A DNA stretch of 64,000 bases from Cyanophora paradoxa CCMP329 (GCA_004431415.1 QPMI01000040.1:1-64000); one strand, 5' to 3'; positions 33,727-47,440 are shown, numbered from the stretch's first letter. Translations and numbers: made by a program. Notes: generated by a model not told the origin, from the sequence alone.

Positions 33727-35686
33727 CCCTCCATTTCCCACTGCATTACTTATAACTACCTTTCGAAAATGCTTTATCATAAGTACAATTTTACAGTCCA
33801 GCATTATCGTATAGAAGATCTAGAGTTTATGTAGAGTCATGGCTCACTGTAAAGTGTAAATGCACACTTAGAGAGCAGTTCGTCCGACGGTCACTGATCA
33901 TGAGTCGACGTCACAGTCTTGTTGTGTCTATTTCATTTCAGGAAGAACATACTAATTATATAAGTTATACGTATACGTATACTTAGCGACGTCCGACGGT
34001 CAGATTATGCTTGACGGCGTCCTTTTCTATTGGCCATGCATGGTGAATAACGCTGCATATATTAACGCAGTCCGCAAGTGAACACCACGGCATATCAATT
34101 TCCATAATATCATTCGTAAGTCGTAAGTGGCAAATTGTCTTTAGCTTATAATTAGAATGTGTCGCAGCGCATGCATGCGCGCAATTGCAAGCTTAAGCTT
34201 TAATTTTGCAGCTCGTTCACGTGCACAACTAGTACTCATGTATATGTAAATGATCATGATCATGATCCGATGATCATGATCATTATGTATACGCACCTGC
34301 CAGGCTGATCATGATGGACTCCGGGATATATGTATCGATCGGGGTCGCCGGATCCGCCATACCAGCTGCAGGCCGCTAGGCCCGGCGGCCCGGCGGCCGG
34401 CGCCCTGCATGCGCAACTGGCCATATGGACGAAGTTCCGAAATTTAAGTTTCATGATCAGCCTTCCAATCCCAACGCCGACCGCCCCGCCGCTCTCGAGT
34501 TCCCGGCCCCTACCCCCGGCCCCCCGCCCGCCCTAGGCCTCCCCGCCCCGGCCGCCCCGGCCCCCCGCCCCCCTCCCCGCCCCCCCGGCGCCCGGCCCCG
34601 GCCGCCCGCGGCCGCTCCCTCTCCCCGCGGCCGCCCCCTCTCCCCGCGGCCGCCACCGGTACCCCCACCGGCCCCCCCCTCCTCCCCCTCCCCTCCCCTC
34701 CCCCCCCCCTTCCCGCCCCCCTTCCCGCCAGGCCCAGCGCTAGCCAGGGCCGGGGCCCCGGCCCCCATGTCATGACCAGCCCGCGCGCCCCCGCCCCCAC
34801 TCCCCGCCCCGACCCCCGCCCCCCTCCCGCCCCGGCCCCCCGGCCCCCGGCCCGGCCCCCTCCCGGCCCCCTCCGGCCCCGGCCCCCGCCCCCCTCCCCG
34901 CGGCGGCGGCCGCGGCGCGGTGCCGTGTGCATGCCAGGCCGCGCGCGTGCGCGCGCGCGCGCGCCCGGTCCCGCGGCCGCGGCCGCGGCGCCGGCCGGCG
35001 CCGAGCGCGCGCGGCCGTTGCAATAATTTCTGTCCGGTTGTGCAGAAACTGCGCCGACAGTGCATCTGCGCAGCCCTTTTGCATGTCTGCGCACACATTC
35101 GTATTACCGCGCGACACTTGCTGCTACGTACGGCCCGGCGGCGCCGCTGCGGACTGGGTGCGTATGCGGAGCATGCATGCGCATGCGGGCTGCGGGCCTG
35201 CCGCAGTGCGGCAGCTGCAGCCTGCAGCTAGCGCTGCAGAAGGCTGCAGGCTGCAGGCTGCAGCATTGCACGCGGCCGGGCTGTGCGCCAGCCTGTGCGG
35301 CTGTGCCACGGCCGGCGGGCCCGGCGCCGGCGCCGGCCCGGCGGTGCCACCACTGCCACGGTGCCCCAAACACATATGTGGGCGCTTGAATGGTCACGGG
35401 GCAACGACCCACGTGCCACGGTGCCAGTCATTCTTTTTTAGCCTGTCATTTGTTCGGAGAGTTCTACCCAACGGGTACAAGAGCTCTGATTTTAACGTAC
35501 CCCAATTTCAACTTGGCAACAGCAACTTGGCAAGCGCTTCGAATTCAAGATTTGGGCTATATATGCGCATGCACTGCGGCACTTCACCCACATACGCGCG
35601 CCAACCCAGCTCAAGTAGCGCTATAAACTGTGCGCAAGCTGCTAGCTGTAGACGTGATTCGTCACGAATCCAGGAAATGTGTTGAC

Positions 35687-38600
35687 ATGTACCCCGGTTT
35701 TAGAAATTACCCGCTTCCTCCGATCACTCTGCTGGGCATAGCACTCTGGTGCCGGTCCAGATTTGCAAGGAGACGTGGGAGCTGCGCAAGGGTGGAGTAC
35801 CCACACGCGTACGGTGCCGTCGCTGCTGCGGGCCTGCGGCAGCTCCCGCCGCGAGTCCCGCGTGCGTGCAGCGCTTCGTGCGAGCCCGAAAGCCGAAGCT
35901 AGCCTCGTACCGGCAGTGCTCTGTGCTGTAAGACGAGCTGATATCTCTGCGCAGCCTTACTACATCATCGCATCATCAACTCAATCCAGACATTTGGGGT
36001 GCTGTTCGTCCTTGAGACTGGAGCAGCAGCACAGGATGCGAAGCAGCAGGCTGCCCTCATCATCCGGCAACTGAGCGCAAACGCGTCAGAGCTGCTTGGC
36101 CCAGTCGTGGCAGAGGAGGCTCTGGGGAAGGACCTGGCGGATTTCAGCACGGTTTTCTCGAGCGAAGTCCTCGATGCGATCCGCGGGCGCGTGTGCGGCA
36201 CCGCGGGCGGCCCCTTCCGCGCAATCTGCGGGACCGGAGAATGGGTCGGAGCTCTGCATCCGTCGGGGACTGCCACAACCGACAAGCGGCACTTCCTACT
36301 GGAGATGCTGCAGCACAAGACCGAGATCGATCCTCTTGGCGTGCTCAGCGATGCGCAGCTTGCCGTCCGTGCGCGAACGAAGTTCCCTGCCCCGCTCCCA
36401 CCCCAGCCGCCCGACGCCTTCGCGCAGAGCGCCTGCAGTGCGCTACCTCAGCGGATGAGCTGGGAAATGTCATGGTGGAGGAGATCTCTCGTCTCACTGG
36501 CTTCGCTCGAGTAATGTCCGCCCTCCACCCCGCCGCCACCCTTACTCGGGTCGCCGTGCATCTCACGAGCCCCGCCCCGCTCTTCGTGCGCAGGCTATAC
36601 CGTTTCGATAGCGATGTAAGCGATTTGTTCTTCCTTTTTCCTCCTTTTTCTCTGCTAACATTTCGCCCAGGGACACGTGCGCTCTACGAGGACCCCTGCC
36701 CGTGCCCTGCCGCCCTTCTTCCCAGTCTGACGGTCCCGCAGGGCCAAGTCATAGCCGAGTGCTTGAGTCAGGAGAACCAGGAATCGTACCTCCACCTTAT
36801 GTAGTGCGCACGCGCCTGGGCACACGCCGCCCTTGGCTCGCGCGCCTCTTTGACTTGAACTCAGCCCTGCGACCGACGTGCCTTTCGTCGCCCGGAGTTT
36901 GTATTGTAAGACGAAATTCCGGCTTATCCCCGACATCGGTGAGCGCGCGCGAGGCCTCGATCTCGCAATTTACCCGCTTCCTTGCTGAGCCCTCCCCTTG
37001 TCAGACTACACGCCGGTTCCCATCGTCTCCTCCCCCGGTAGTGCAAGGCTGGACACGTCACTCGCAATGCTGCGCGGCGTAAGCCCGTGCCACATTCGAT
37101 GTGCGCGCCCGCCCGCCTTCCCTCCCTCCCGCCCCTTCGCTGGGCCCCGGCTGACCCGCCCGCCTGGCCCCCCAGACCTGCGCAACATGGGGGTACGGGC
37201 CTCCCTGTCCTTTGCCATCGTGCAGGATGGAAAGTGCTGGTGCGAGATCGAACGCCCCGCGCCCCTCCCCCGCCGGGCGTCGCCGAGCGCGGCCCCGGGG
37301 GCAGGGGCCTCTGCTGCTGCCACCACTACGAGCCCAGAGCCCTCCCCTACCACGTCATGGTGCGGGGGACGGCGCGGCAGCCTCCTCCGCGAAACGAGAG
37401 CGGCGCCCGCCTGACGCGCGCCCGCCTCGGCCCCGGCCTCGCCGCAGACGGCGTGCACGGCCCTCGTCTCGATGTTCCAAGTGTCTATGCAGGCGAAGGC
37501 GCACGAGCAGCGGCAGGAGTACGAGATGAAGGCGCGCACTATCCAGGCGCAGATCCTGAACCAGTCGTGCGAGAACCTGGACTACGTGGACGCCCTCATC
37601 AACTGCTCCCCTTGCATCCTGGACCTCGTCCGATCCACTGGGGCATCCATAGTCGCGGGTGGGACTGTCTGCAGCCTGGGGACTGTGCCCACAAAGGTGC
37701 CGGCGCCGGGCGCGAGTTGAACAGTGTGCGCCGGCACTGCTCGGCGGCGCTGACGCCGCCGCTCGCCGCCTCGCAGGAGCAGTGCCTGGACTTCGCGCTC
37801 TGGCTGCGGGACGAGACGGCCGGCATGTCGGCTGACGAGATCTACACGTCGACGTGCCTGATGAAGGACTACCCCGCCGCCTCGGAGTTCAAGCACGTCG
37901 CGTCGGGCGTCCTCGCCGTCGCCATCTCGCGCGAGCAGTCCGAGTTCGTCTTCTGGTGGCGCGGCGAGGTCTCCAACTCCGTTCACTGGGCCGGGATGCC
38001 GGACAAGTCCTACGTGGTTTCCCAGGACGGGCTGCACCCGCGCATCTCGTTCCAGCGGTGGACGGCCCTCGTGACGGACCGCTGCGAGGTCAGAGATTTG
38101 ATCCAGATTTGATCCGGATATGATCCGTGATTTGATCCGTGGTCTAACTGTTGCCGCCGCGGGGATTCGAACCCCTCAGGCCTGGTCTGAAGCCGACATC
38201 GCCGCGGCGCGCATCTTCCGCATCACAGTCGGAGACCTCCACGTCCGCATTTCGGCAGAGGCGCGCTCCCCTCTGATTTCCCGTGTCTCCGGCCCGGCCC
38301 GGCCCTGCTCGGCCCGGCTGATCGCCGCTTGCACCGCAGCTCAAGCTTCGCGGCGAGATGCTGGGGAAGCTCAACGCAGAGCTGGAGGAGGCCAACTCGA
38401 AGCTGGCGCGTCTCATTCTCTCCTTCCGGCCCCGCGCCGGAGATTGGCTGCGCCTCCGACGTCGCTTACGCCGCGCCCGCCCGCCCGCCCGCCCGCCGCG
38501 CAGCGTTACGTCGCGTCGGAGCTGACGACCCTCATCCAAACCGTGCCCGTGCCGGTGTTCGGCGTCGACAAGGGCGTCAAGATCGACGAGTGGAACCCCG

Positions 38601-41600
38601 GTTCATCCGCCCTCCGCCTCCGCCTCCCCCATCCGCCTCCGCCTCCGCCTCTGCCTCTGCCCTGACGCAGCCCCTGGCAGCCTGCGAGAAGCACTTTGGC
38701 TTCGCCGAAGCGGAGGTCTTCGGGGGCGACTTCAGTGAGCGGGTCGTGATCTACGAGCAGCGCGAGGCGGTCACGAGGGCCCTGAGGCAGGCCCTCGCCG
38801 GGCAGCAGGTCAAGGACTTCGAGCTCACGGTGCGCGCTAGTCCGACTGGGAACCTAGCCACGCCTAGCATAGTCCGATTGGGAACCTAGGAACCTAGTCC
38901 AATTGGGAACCTAGGAACCTAGTCCGATTGGGAACCCTAGCCTAGCCTAGCCTGGCCTGGCCTAGCCTAGCCTGGCCTGGCCTAGCCACGCCTAGGCTTG
39001 CCTGAGCTGAGCTTGTCTTCGGGCGGGCGGGCAACAGGTCTTCGCGAACGGCAAGCGGACGGAGTACAGCCTGCACGCGGCCCCGCGAATGGACTCAAAC
39101 GGCAACACCGTCGGCGCCGTCGGTACTTTAAGCTTTCTCTCGTACTTTCTGAAGGCGGCCGCTGACCAAGAGGCGCCCGCGCGCGCGCGCGCCGCTCGGC
39201 AGCCGTCTGCCAGGACATCACGGAGCGCAAGGAGGTCGCCAAGGCCGAAGTCCGCGCCGCCCAGGGTCCGCCCCCGCCCGTCCGCCCGCCCCGCCCGCCC
39301 CGCTCACGCCGGCCGCGCAGCCCGCAGCGCGAACGACGCCAAGAGCATGTTCCTCGCCACCGTCTCGCACGAGATGCGGACCGTGCGCCGCCGCGCCGCG
39401 CCCGGCCTCCCTTCCCGCGCGGCGCGGCGCTGACGCACGCGACCCGCGCGCAGCCACTCAACGGGATCCTGGGGATGCTGCAGCTGGCGATGGACAGCGA
39501 GTCGCTGCCCAAGGTGGCGGAGGACTACGTGAAGCGGGCGTTCCAGTCGGGGGAGCACCTGCTCGCACTCATCTCGGACATTCTCGACATCTCCCAGATC
39601 GAGTCGGGCAAGATGCAGCTGCGGCACATGGCCTTCGACATCCGCTCGCTGCTGCGCTCGGCGATCAACCTGATCGGCCCCAAGGCCGAGGCCAAGGGCC
39701 TCAAGGTCTCCTCCTGCCTCTCCGACGACTTTCCCGTCCGCGTCATCGGCGACTCGGACCGCCTCCGCCAGGCCCGCCCGCCCCGCGAGCCGCCCGCGCT
39801 GTCCCGCGCTGACGGGGCGCCCCGCAGGTGCTCATCAACCTGTGCAGCAACGCCGTGAAGTACACGCGCAAGGGCCGCATCACCGTCACCTGCTCCATCG
39901 AGGAGGAGGAGGAGGACCGCTCGTGCGGTAAGAAGACCGCCCGCCTCCGCTTCGAGATCAAGGACACCGGTTCGCGCCCCCGCGCGCCCGCGCCCGCGCC
40001 TGCCGCGGGTCGATCTTCTGGTCCGCCGACGCGGGCGCGGGGGCGCAGGCATCGGCATCCGGGAGAGCGACCTGAAGATCCTCTTCACGCTCTTCACGCG
40101 CATCCGCGAGGAGAACTTCCAGGACCCCGGCGGCACGGGCCTCGGCCTCGGTCCGCGCGCCCCGCGCCCCGCGCCCCGCGCCCCGCGCCCCGGCTCACAG
40201 CGCCGGCAGCCATCTGCAAGCAGCTCGTGCAGCTGATGAACGGCGAGATCGGCGTGCAGAGCAACTACGGCAAGGGATCCGTCTTCTGTGCGCCCGCCCC
40301 GCCCTGGCTTGGCCTGTCGAGGGCGCCGGCGTCACGCGCGCACCCGCCCTTTGTGCAGGGTTCGTCATTCCGTTTGAGATTTCGTCGGAGCCGGCACCCC
40401 TTCAGGATGAGGACGTGGACGAATTCAAGCCTTCGGTGCGCGCCGGCCGGCCGGCCGGCCGGCCGGCCCGCCCCTCTAAGATCGCCGCGGCCGACTGGGC
40501 CCGCGCCGCCGCCGCCGCCAGATCGAGGTGCACCGCTCGGCGGTCATTCTGCTCGCCGAGGACAACGAGTTCAACGTGCGCCCGCGCCCGCCCCGCCGCT
40601 GCTCCGCCCCGCGCCGCGCGGCCGACGGCGGGGCCGACGGGGGCGCAGATGGAGGTCGCCCGCGTTCTGCTGCAGAACGCCGGCCACGTCGTCTTCACCG
40701 TGCGCGCCCCGCCCGCCGGCGCGCCGGCGCTCCGAGCGGAAGCTGACGGGGCGGGGCGGGCAGGCGCGGAACGGGCTGGAGGCGGTGGACCTGTTCGCGC
40801 GGCGGGTGCGGCTCGCCAAGTCGGGCACGTCGACGCAGGCGGCCTTCGACCTCGTCCTTATGGACTGCGAGATGCCCGTCATGTCCGGCTACGAGGCCGT
40901 CCGCAACATCCGGTCCGCCCCGCCCCGCCCCGCCCCGCCCCGCCCCGCCGCGACCCCGGCCCGGCGGCCTGCCGACGCGCGCGCGCGCGCGCGCCGCAGA
41001 ACCGTCGAGTCGAGCGAATGCGTCGCGCGCACGCCCGTCATCGCCCTCGTGCGCAGCGCCCCGCGCCTGCCGACCCGCCCGCCCGCCCGCCGCGCCCCGC
41101 CGAGGCCGCCCCGCAGACGGCGCACGCCATGAAGGAGCACAGCGAGAAGTGCTTCTCGAGCGGCATGGTGCGCCCCGCGCCCCCCGTCCCACCCCGCCGG
41201 CGCCGACGCTGTGGCCGCCCGCGCAGGACGACTACATGACGAAGCCGATTTCGAAGGAGGTCCTCCTCCAGACCGTCGCCAAGCACATGCAGGTCGGCCG
41301 GCCGCACCTTCCACCCTGTACACCCCCGCCCTCTGCTTAACCTTTCCGCGCTCGACAGCCCCGCCGGTTTCGCCCCGGTGCCCCCCTGCCCGGGTCCCAC
41401 GCCGGGTCCCTACCCTTCTCCCGCCCCGGCTCGGTGCGCGCGTACCCCCCACCCCATTCCGGAAGCCCCGCCCCCCCGGTTGACGTACCCCGACAGGCCT
41501 CCATGTCCTCCACAAACTCGCCCGCCCTGAGCAGCCCGGCCATCGTACCCTCCCCGGGCCCGATGGGGTCCCCCCCTGCCCCCGCCACAATCCAGACCTC

Positions 41601-42771
41601 GTGCGGCTTCGCTTCCCTTGCCTCGGGCCTGCCGGGACCCGGCAGCGCCCCGGGGAGCGCCCGGGACCGCCCCCCGCCAGAGCCCCGCCTGGGCGCCGTC
41701 GACGGGTCTGGGAGCGCGCCCGGCAGCGGCCGGCAGTCGCCCCGGGGGGGTATCGCCAACTTTATGACCCCCCCGAGCACCACCGGAGGCGCCCTGGAAG
41801 CCCGTATGCAGCGGCACCCCTCCAACACCGATTTGACCCTACCCCCCGCCTCGCTGTCGCGGAACACGGCGTCCCCCACGAACCTCACGCGCGCCCGCCT
41901 CTCCGTGGGGGGTACCAGCGCCGCGGCCCTGGCGGCGCAGGTCCTCGCCTCGAGCGCGGCGGCGGCGGCCGCCGGCGTCATACTCTCCTCCAACGGGCCG
42001 GAGGAGGGCTCCGACCCGGGCTCCTCCGGCGCGGCTCAGTCCTTCCGCCGGAGAACCTCCATTGCCGGAATCGAACTCCCGCTCCCCGCCAACGAGCCGG
42101 CCGCGTGTGACGAGTCGGACGACTCGGTGGTCGACTTCAAGGAGGCCATCCGGGCCCTTGGCGCGTACCCCCCAATCCTTGCCCGGTACCCCCCTTCCTT
42201 CCGCTGACCGCCCGCAGGCGGCTCCGAGGAGCTCTTCCGCTCCCTGCTGGGCAAGTTCAGCCACTCGAGTGCGCCCCCCCCCCCCCCCCCCCCCCCCCGC
42301 CCCGGCCAGCGCTGTACCCCCGCCGGGCCGCGCCTCACGGCGGCGGCGGCGGCGGCGCAGGCCTCGAGACGGTGAACAGCATCGAGCTGGCGCTCATCTC
42401 GCGCCAGTGGTCCGAGGTCCGCCGCCTCGCCCACTCCCTCAAAGGTCCGCCCCCGCCCCTACCCCCCCCCTACCCCCTCTCACGCGCTTGTACCCCCGCA
42501 GGAAGCGCGTCCTACGTGGGCGCCCACCTGCTGGCCGCCTCGTCCCTCCAGCTACAGCACGCGGTCGACGCCGATTCCCTCGAGACGGTTCGTGCCTCGC
42601 CTCGCCTCGCCTCAAAACGAAGCGCGTTGCACTTTACTCTTCCGTTATTATTTATTGACCAACGCTGCGCCCCGGCCCCCTTGGCAGGTCCGACCCCTTG
42701 CCAAGGTCGTCCGGCTCGAGTACGAGCGGGTCCGGCACTGGATCACATCGTACCTGGCGCCACGCTCCTAA
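35687..42771 (+). CDS. Phytochrome hybrid histidine kinase: PAS-GAF-PHY-PAS-HisKA-HATPase-REC-HPt
   Basis: IQTFGVLF (PAS2); TGFARVMLYRF, YPATDVP, LRGVSPCHIRYLRNMGV (GAF with bilin Cys); HPRISF (PHY tongue); SHEMRTPLNG, NLCSNAVKYT, DTGIGI, GGTGLGL; AEDN, LMDCEMP, TKP; LAHSLKGSASYVGA (HPt). Start approximate. Confidence 0.93.
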
Positions 42772-43716
42772 TTCCCTACAATCCCTTTCCTTTCACGTTC
42801 TGTACGTACTACGTACTCGTCCCCACCCTTGAGCTAGCGACGTGCACCGCCTTCGAGCATCGGCGAGCTTCGCAGTCTCTATACATATGTGCATGTTTGG
42901 CCTAATCGTTTAGAGGGTAGGTTATCGTTTTTCCGTACTAGCCCCTGCGTGGGAAATCAGTCCACACAGTTTCTTTCAACTGAGAGTGGCTCTGTTGACG
43001 TAAGGCGCTGCTATCTCTTTCAATTTGCCGTAGACGAAGCCATCGGACTTTTTCCTATACAAAGCCTTGGACTTTCATTCGTTTTCGATTATTCGTTCAG
43101 CGCACGTGGCACGCGCGTCACTGCTGAACCTTGTGTGGATCCGGATCCTGTACGTATCTATATCCAAATATATCCAGGCACCGCCTTTACCAAGTTAACT
43201 TCCGAGCTTTGAATCCTTAGACCGGGCTTTGCAAGTGTACATGTCCGGGTCAGGATCCGGAGTAAGGATCATGCCGCAGCGCGCGCATATGCATGATGCA
43301 TTAAATACTACGGTAGAACCGCGGCCAATATCGATGACATTCGCCATACGCGTACGCCGCGCGGCGATGATACGCGTACGCTGCGCTCGAGCCGCGCGGC
43401 GATGATACGCGGCGATGATACATGCGATCGAGCGAGCTCGAGCCTGCCGGCGCCGGATCAATTGCAACCACTGGGCCAGCTGCAGCTCATAATCCTAGCT
43501 GCGCATGCAGCGCTAGCGGCTTCGAAGTTCATGCCAAGATCATCGGATGTTCGAATTCACTGTACATGTCACTGCAGCTGGGCCGGGGCCCGGGGCATGC
43601 TGCATGCGCAGCTGATCATGATCATGCATATGCGTGTGAGCTCGAGTACTACGGTACTAGTCCGGCCGCGGGCCGAGGATCGATCCGACCGTCGGACGAT
43701 ATCGATCAGCCTGGCC

Positions 43717-45632
43717 ATGGCGGCTTACGTGGATGTCACTCAGTCGATCAACGTTGAACTTTTCGGACCGCGTAACGCAGGAGCTCGAGGCCGGTGGATC
43801 TGATCCATCCTGTACCCCTCCGACCAGTGCCAGTTGAACGAAGCCGGCCGTCTGATGGCCACCCCGCGTCGGCGACGCACGGGCTCAGAGGACGGGAATC
43901 CGTTCCTAAGCTCGCTTATATCCTACGCCTGCTGCATCCCCATCCACGCAGCGCCGAGCTTCACGGTTTGAGCTCTCCCGTTGATCTGAGCTAGCACGCC
44001 TCCTGACGTATGGAGCAGATTGGATCATACACCAACGGTGCGGTACGCGTCCGCAGCCAGTGCGGTCAGCCAACGTCGCTTGCCATCAGATGCCGTTGTC
44101 CAGGAGGGCCCTGGCTACTGTGCACTTCAAAAGAGCATGCGTGCCGATCGTGCGTTGCCTGGGACCCGCCCGATGGGACGCGGAGGCGGGGCGGCGCGCC
44201 AGGCTCCCTTTAAGACGTTGGGCGGCCATGAGGCCGGAGTCCGAGCGTCTTCTGATGGATTGCAGAGGACCGTTTCCGCATCGTTGAACGATTCGGCGGC
44301 GACTACTCGGCCCTCTTCTGCGGGGTCTACGACGGGCATGGTCACTACAAGGACGGAGTGAGTCGCGCAGCTGACGACTGCTCCCGCGGGCCTCTTACCT
44401 GGGCACGCATCGCAGGTCGAATTCGTCACGCAGCACCGTGCGCCATAGATCCGCAGGCGCTCGCGTGCGGCAGCGCGGCCGACCCGGAGCGCAGTGCACA
44501 AGAACGTACAGATGGACGGCGGCTGGCCGTCGGACCCTGGGCGTGCCCTCGCCAGCGGCTTTCTGAGGACGGACGAGGACTTCAAGCGGCGCGGAGGCGA
44601 GCGGTACTTCCAGTGCGGCGCGTGTGCGATAGCTGCCGTCATCGCCGTGCGCACAAGCGTCCCGCCGGCGCGCTCTGCGTGCCCGCTTCCCGCCGCCGAA
44701 GGCGCCCGGCGACCGCAGGACGGCGTCTTGACGGTGGCGAGCGCGGGTGATTGCCAGGCAGTCCTGGTCCGCGCCGGCAACGCGCACAATTTGATCCGGC
44801 CGCACCGGGTCGACACCGAGCGGGAGCGCATCGAGCGGGCGGGCGGCGTGGTCGTCGGATCCGACACCAAGCGCGTCAACGGCGTGCTCATGGTGCGCTG
44901 CGCCCCGATTCGCGTCGCCGTGCCGTGCCGCGCTGCCTCGCGCCTGCTGACGCCACTCAGGTCACCCGCGCCATCGGGGACGGGGAGCTGAAGGACGCGG
45001 GGGTGGTGGCACACGTGCGTACCCCCCTCCCATCTTCCTCGAGCCGATTCGACCCGGTCCGTGCAGCCTGAGGTCCACAGGAGCCGTCTCTCCGCGGCCG
45101 ACGAGTACCTGATCGTGCGCCACCGTACCCTCCTCCGCGTGCAACACCGTACCCCACGGAGGCGCTTATCCGCGGGCGGCAGATCGCGTCCGACGGCTTG
45201 TGGGATATGGTCAGGCGGGACGAGGCGGCGGCGGTCTGCGCGGCGGCCGGCGAGCCTCGGAAGGCTGCCGCGTCGCTCCTGCAGCTCGCCCTGGACCGCA
45301 AGACGACGGACGACACGACCGTCGTCGTGATCGACCTGAGCCGGTACCTCCCGCAGGCCGGCAACCCGCGCGCCAGCCCCGCCCGGCCCCGCAGCAGCAC
45401 GGCCCCTCCGACGGCCTCGGGACGCAACAGCATCTACGCTACGTCACCGGCGCCGCGGAAGGACCGGGACGGCCCGGCGCCGCCCTCGGCGCGGGGGGGT
45501 ACGCCCCAGCGCGCCAGCGTGTACAGCTCGTCGGGGTCCGGGGGCCGGCCCTCCCTCTTCAGCACGCTCACGGGGTCCGGTGGCTCGGGCTCCAAGCAGC
45601 CGCGGGGCAGCCCAGCGGCGAACAGAACGTAG
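43717..45632 (+). CDS. Protein phosphatase 2C (PPM family), multi-exon
   Basis: EDRF, CGVYDGHG, VASAGDCQAVL, ERERIERAGG, RVNGVLMVTRAIGD, IIASDGLWD, DDTTVVVIDL. Confidence 0.92.
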
Positions 45633-45745
45633 GCGCCTTTTTTTTTCAAGCGAGTAGAAGTGCTGAAGAAGAAGGGGCGGGGGCCCGCGGTGGAGGGGGT
45701 GGGGCCGGGAATGGGGGCGGGGCGGCCGGCGGAAGATCTAGACAA

Positions 45746-47440
45746 TCAGAAGGCGAGCAGGCCGGTCGGGAATTTCCACACCTGGTTACGACGCAAAAAG
45801 TTGGATGGGGCTGGGCAGCGGCTGGGGTAAAGCTGCAGGGGGTAGCGCACCTTTCCGGACCCCGAAATCTCGAGCCGCCCATCGTGGATCGAGAACGCCT
45901 CCAGTCGTACCTGCACCCCGCCGGGCGGGCCCCCGGTCGGCGGGAGGAATCTCGGTACCCCACGGTTCCGCGGCGCACCAGGAGCCCGTTCAAATCCAAG
46001 ACGACCCCGTTCAGAAAGTCCTCCAGTGCCTTCGCCAGCCTCGCCGCGAGGGCAGCGTCACTGTACGCGTACCCCAGTCGGTTCACTCTCCGTTGGGGGA
46101 GGAGGGGGGAGGGGGAGGGGGGCGGACGTCGACGGGTCGCCGGCGGCGGTAGCCCCCTCGGGGACGTTCCCCCCGCTGACGACGGCCTTGCCCCCCGGTC
46201 CAGCAACCACATCAAAGCTGCGCGCGGGAGCTCGGGACTGGAGCGTGGTGGGTCTGAGGGAGAGGCGGGCCCAGACCAGTGCTCTACCCCATCGTAGTCC
46301 GCGGCGAGCTCCAGTACCCCTGCGCATGCGCCGCGTCTCAGCGGACGAGCCCGAACGAGTTTTGAACTCGGGCGCGGGACGGATGGGACCCCGCCGGATG
46401 CCGCGCGCCCGGAGGCCCAGCAGGGGCCGGCCGTCCATCTTCAGCTTGGAGAGCGAGGACCTGCGGTCGTGGATCAAATTCAGCATTCCGGCATTCCTTG
46501 TACTGATACATGATATATAGATAGACGGAAGCGGGCGCCTGAAAACGGGCGATACGAGGAAGCTGTTGAAGTCCTGGTCGCCCACGACGAGGCGCGCCGT
46601 CGCACGCGCCTCCGACGCAAGCACAATCCGCCCGCTGCGGGGCGAAGGCAGGACCGACGTAACGGATCACGTCTCGTTTGAAATGCAGGCGATAGGGTCG
46701 AAGCCGTCGCCTACGCGCTTGCCTTAGGACAGCGGGCAGATCGAGCTGCAGCGCTTCGGTCTTCACGTGGATCGAGCGGCACGAGAGGCCGCGCGGCGTC
46801 TCCCAGCCACGGCCTTCGACCTGCACGAGAGAGCATAAAGAAAGCGCGCAAATCTAGAACACATTCAGCGCGCCTCGACCTCATCGACGTGCCCGGAGAG
46901 CAGCGAGAGGAAGTTTGACGATACAATTCGAACGCTGACCCTGTGAGAGCGTCGACGCGCGCGCAGGCGGCAGGCAGTGATCTTGCGCACCCGTCTTGGT
47001 GCTTCAGGATCATGCTCAAGCCTGCGGGAGGAGGATCGATTTCGACACTTCAAACGGCGCGTGTGTGCATCTTTTCACAGGGCGATATCGACTGGACCCG
47101 CACCTGCAGTCGCGATCGAAGAGATCGCCTCGGTGGAGAGCGAGGCCTGGGGAGTGCAGGGCGACCAGCGCGGCGGCGGCGGTGCGGCGGGCGCCGCCAC
47201 CAGCCTGCCGCCGCCCAAGGGCCGCGCGTACAGCGCCGCGCAGAAGGATAGGTCCGAGCGAGCGCATGATCTCGGTCGCAGCCGCTCAGCCGGCGCCTGG
47301 CTCGCTGCACGCGGGGGTGACCTCAGATGACAGCTGCTGGTCGGGGGCGCGCTCCGGTCGGAATAGGCGAGGCATGTCGCTGCAGCGCTCCTGCTGCAGC
47401 TCGCCGGGGCCGCAGGGGCCTGGAAAGAAAGTCGGTGCAT
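45746..47440 (-). CDS. DUF2993/LmeA-like protein, probably plastid-targeted
   Basis: VSVRIVSSNFLSLLSGHVDEVEVEGRGWETPRGLSCRSIHV...ARLVVGDQDFNSFLVSPVF...FSIHDGRLEISG; Ser/Ala/Arg-rich N-terminus MHRLSFQAPAAPA. Confidence 0.6.

Noticed and set aside
38160-38180. GGGGATTCGAACCCC resembling a reverse-strand tRNA T-loop/B-box
   Set aside because: No cloverleaf context; it lies inside a short phytochrome intron.
24176-38990. Intronic microsatellites (CGATT)n, (GATCT)n, (GCTT)n, GAAATCCAGT x4, TAGTCCGATTGGGAACC x4
   Set aside because: Ordinary simple repeats in expanded introns; no evidence of function.
17139-43626. Recurrent (GATCAT)n tracts in intergenic regions (~17140, 18525, 34252, 43613)
   Set aside because: Could be a regulatory motif but is indistinguishable from slippage microsatellites without expression data.
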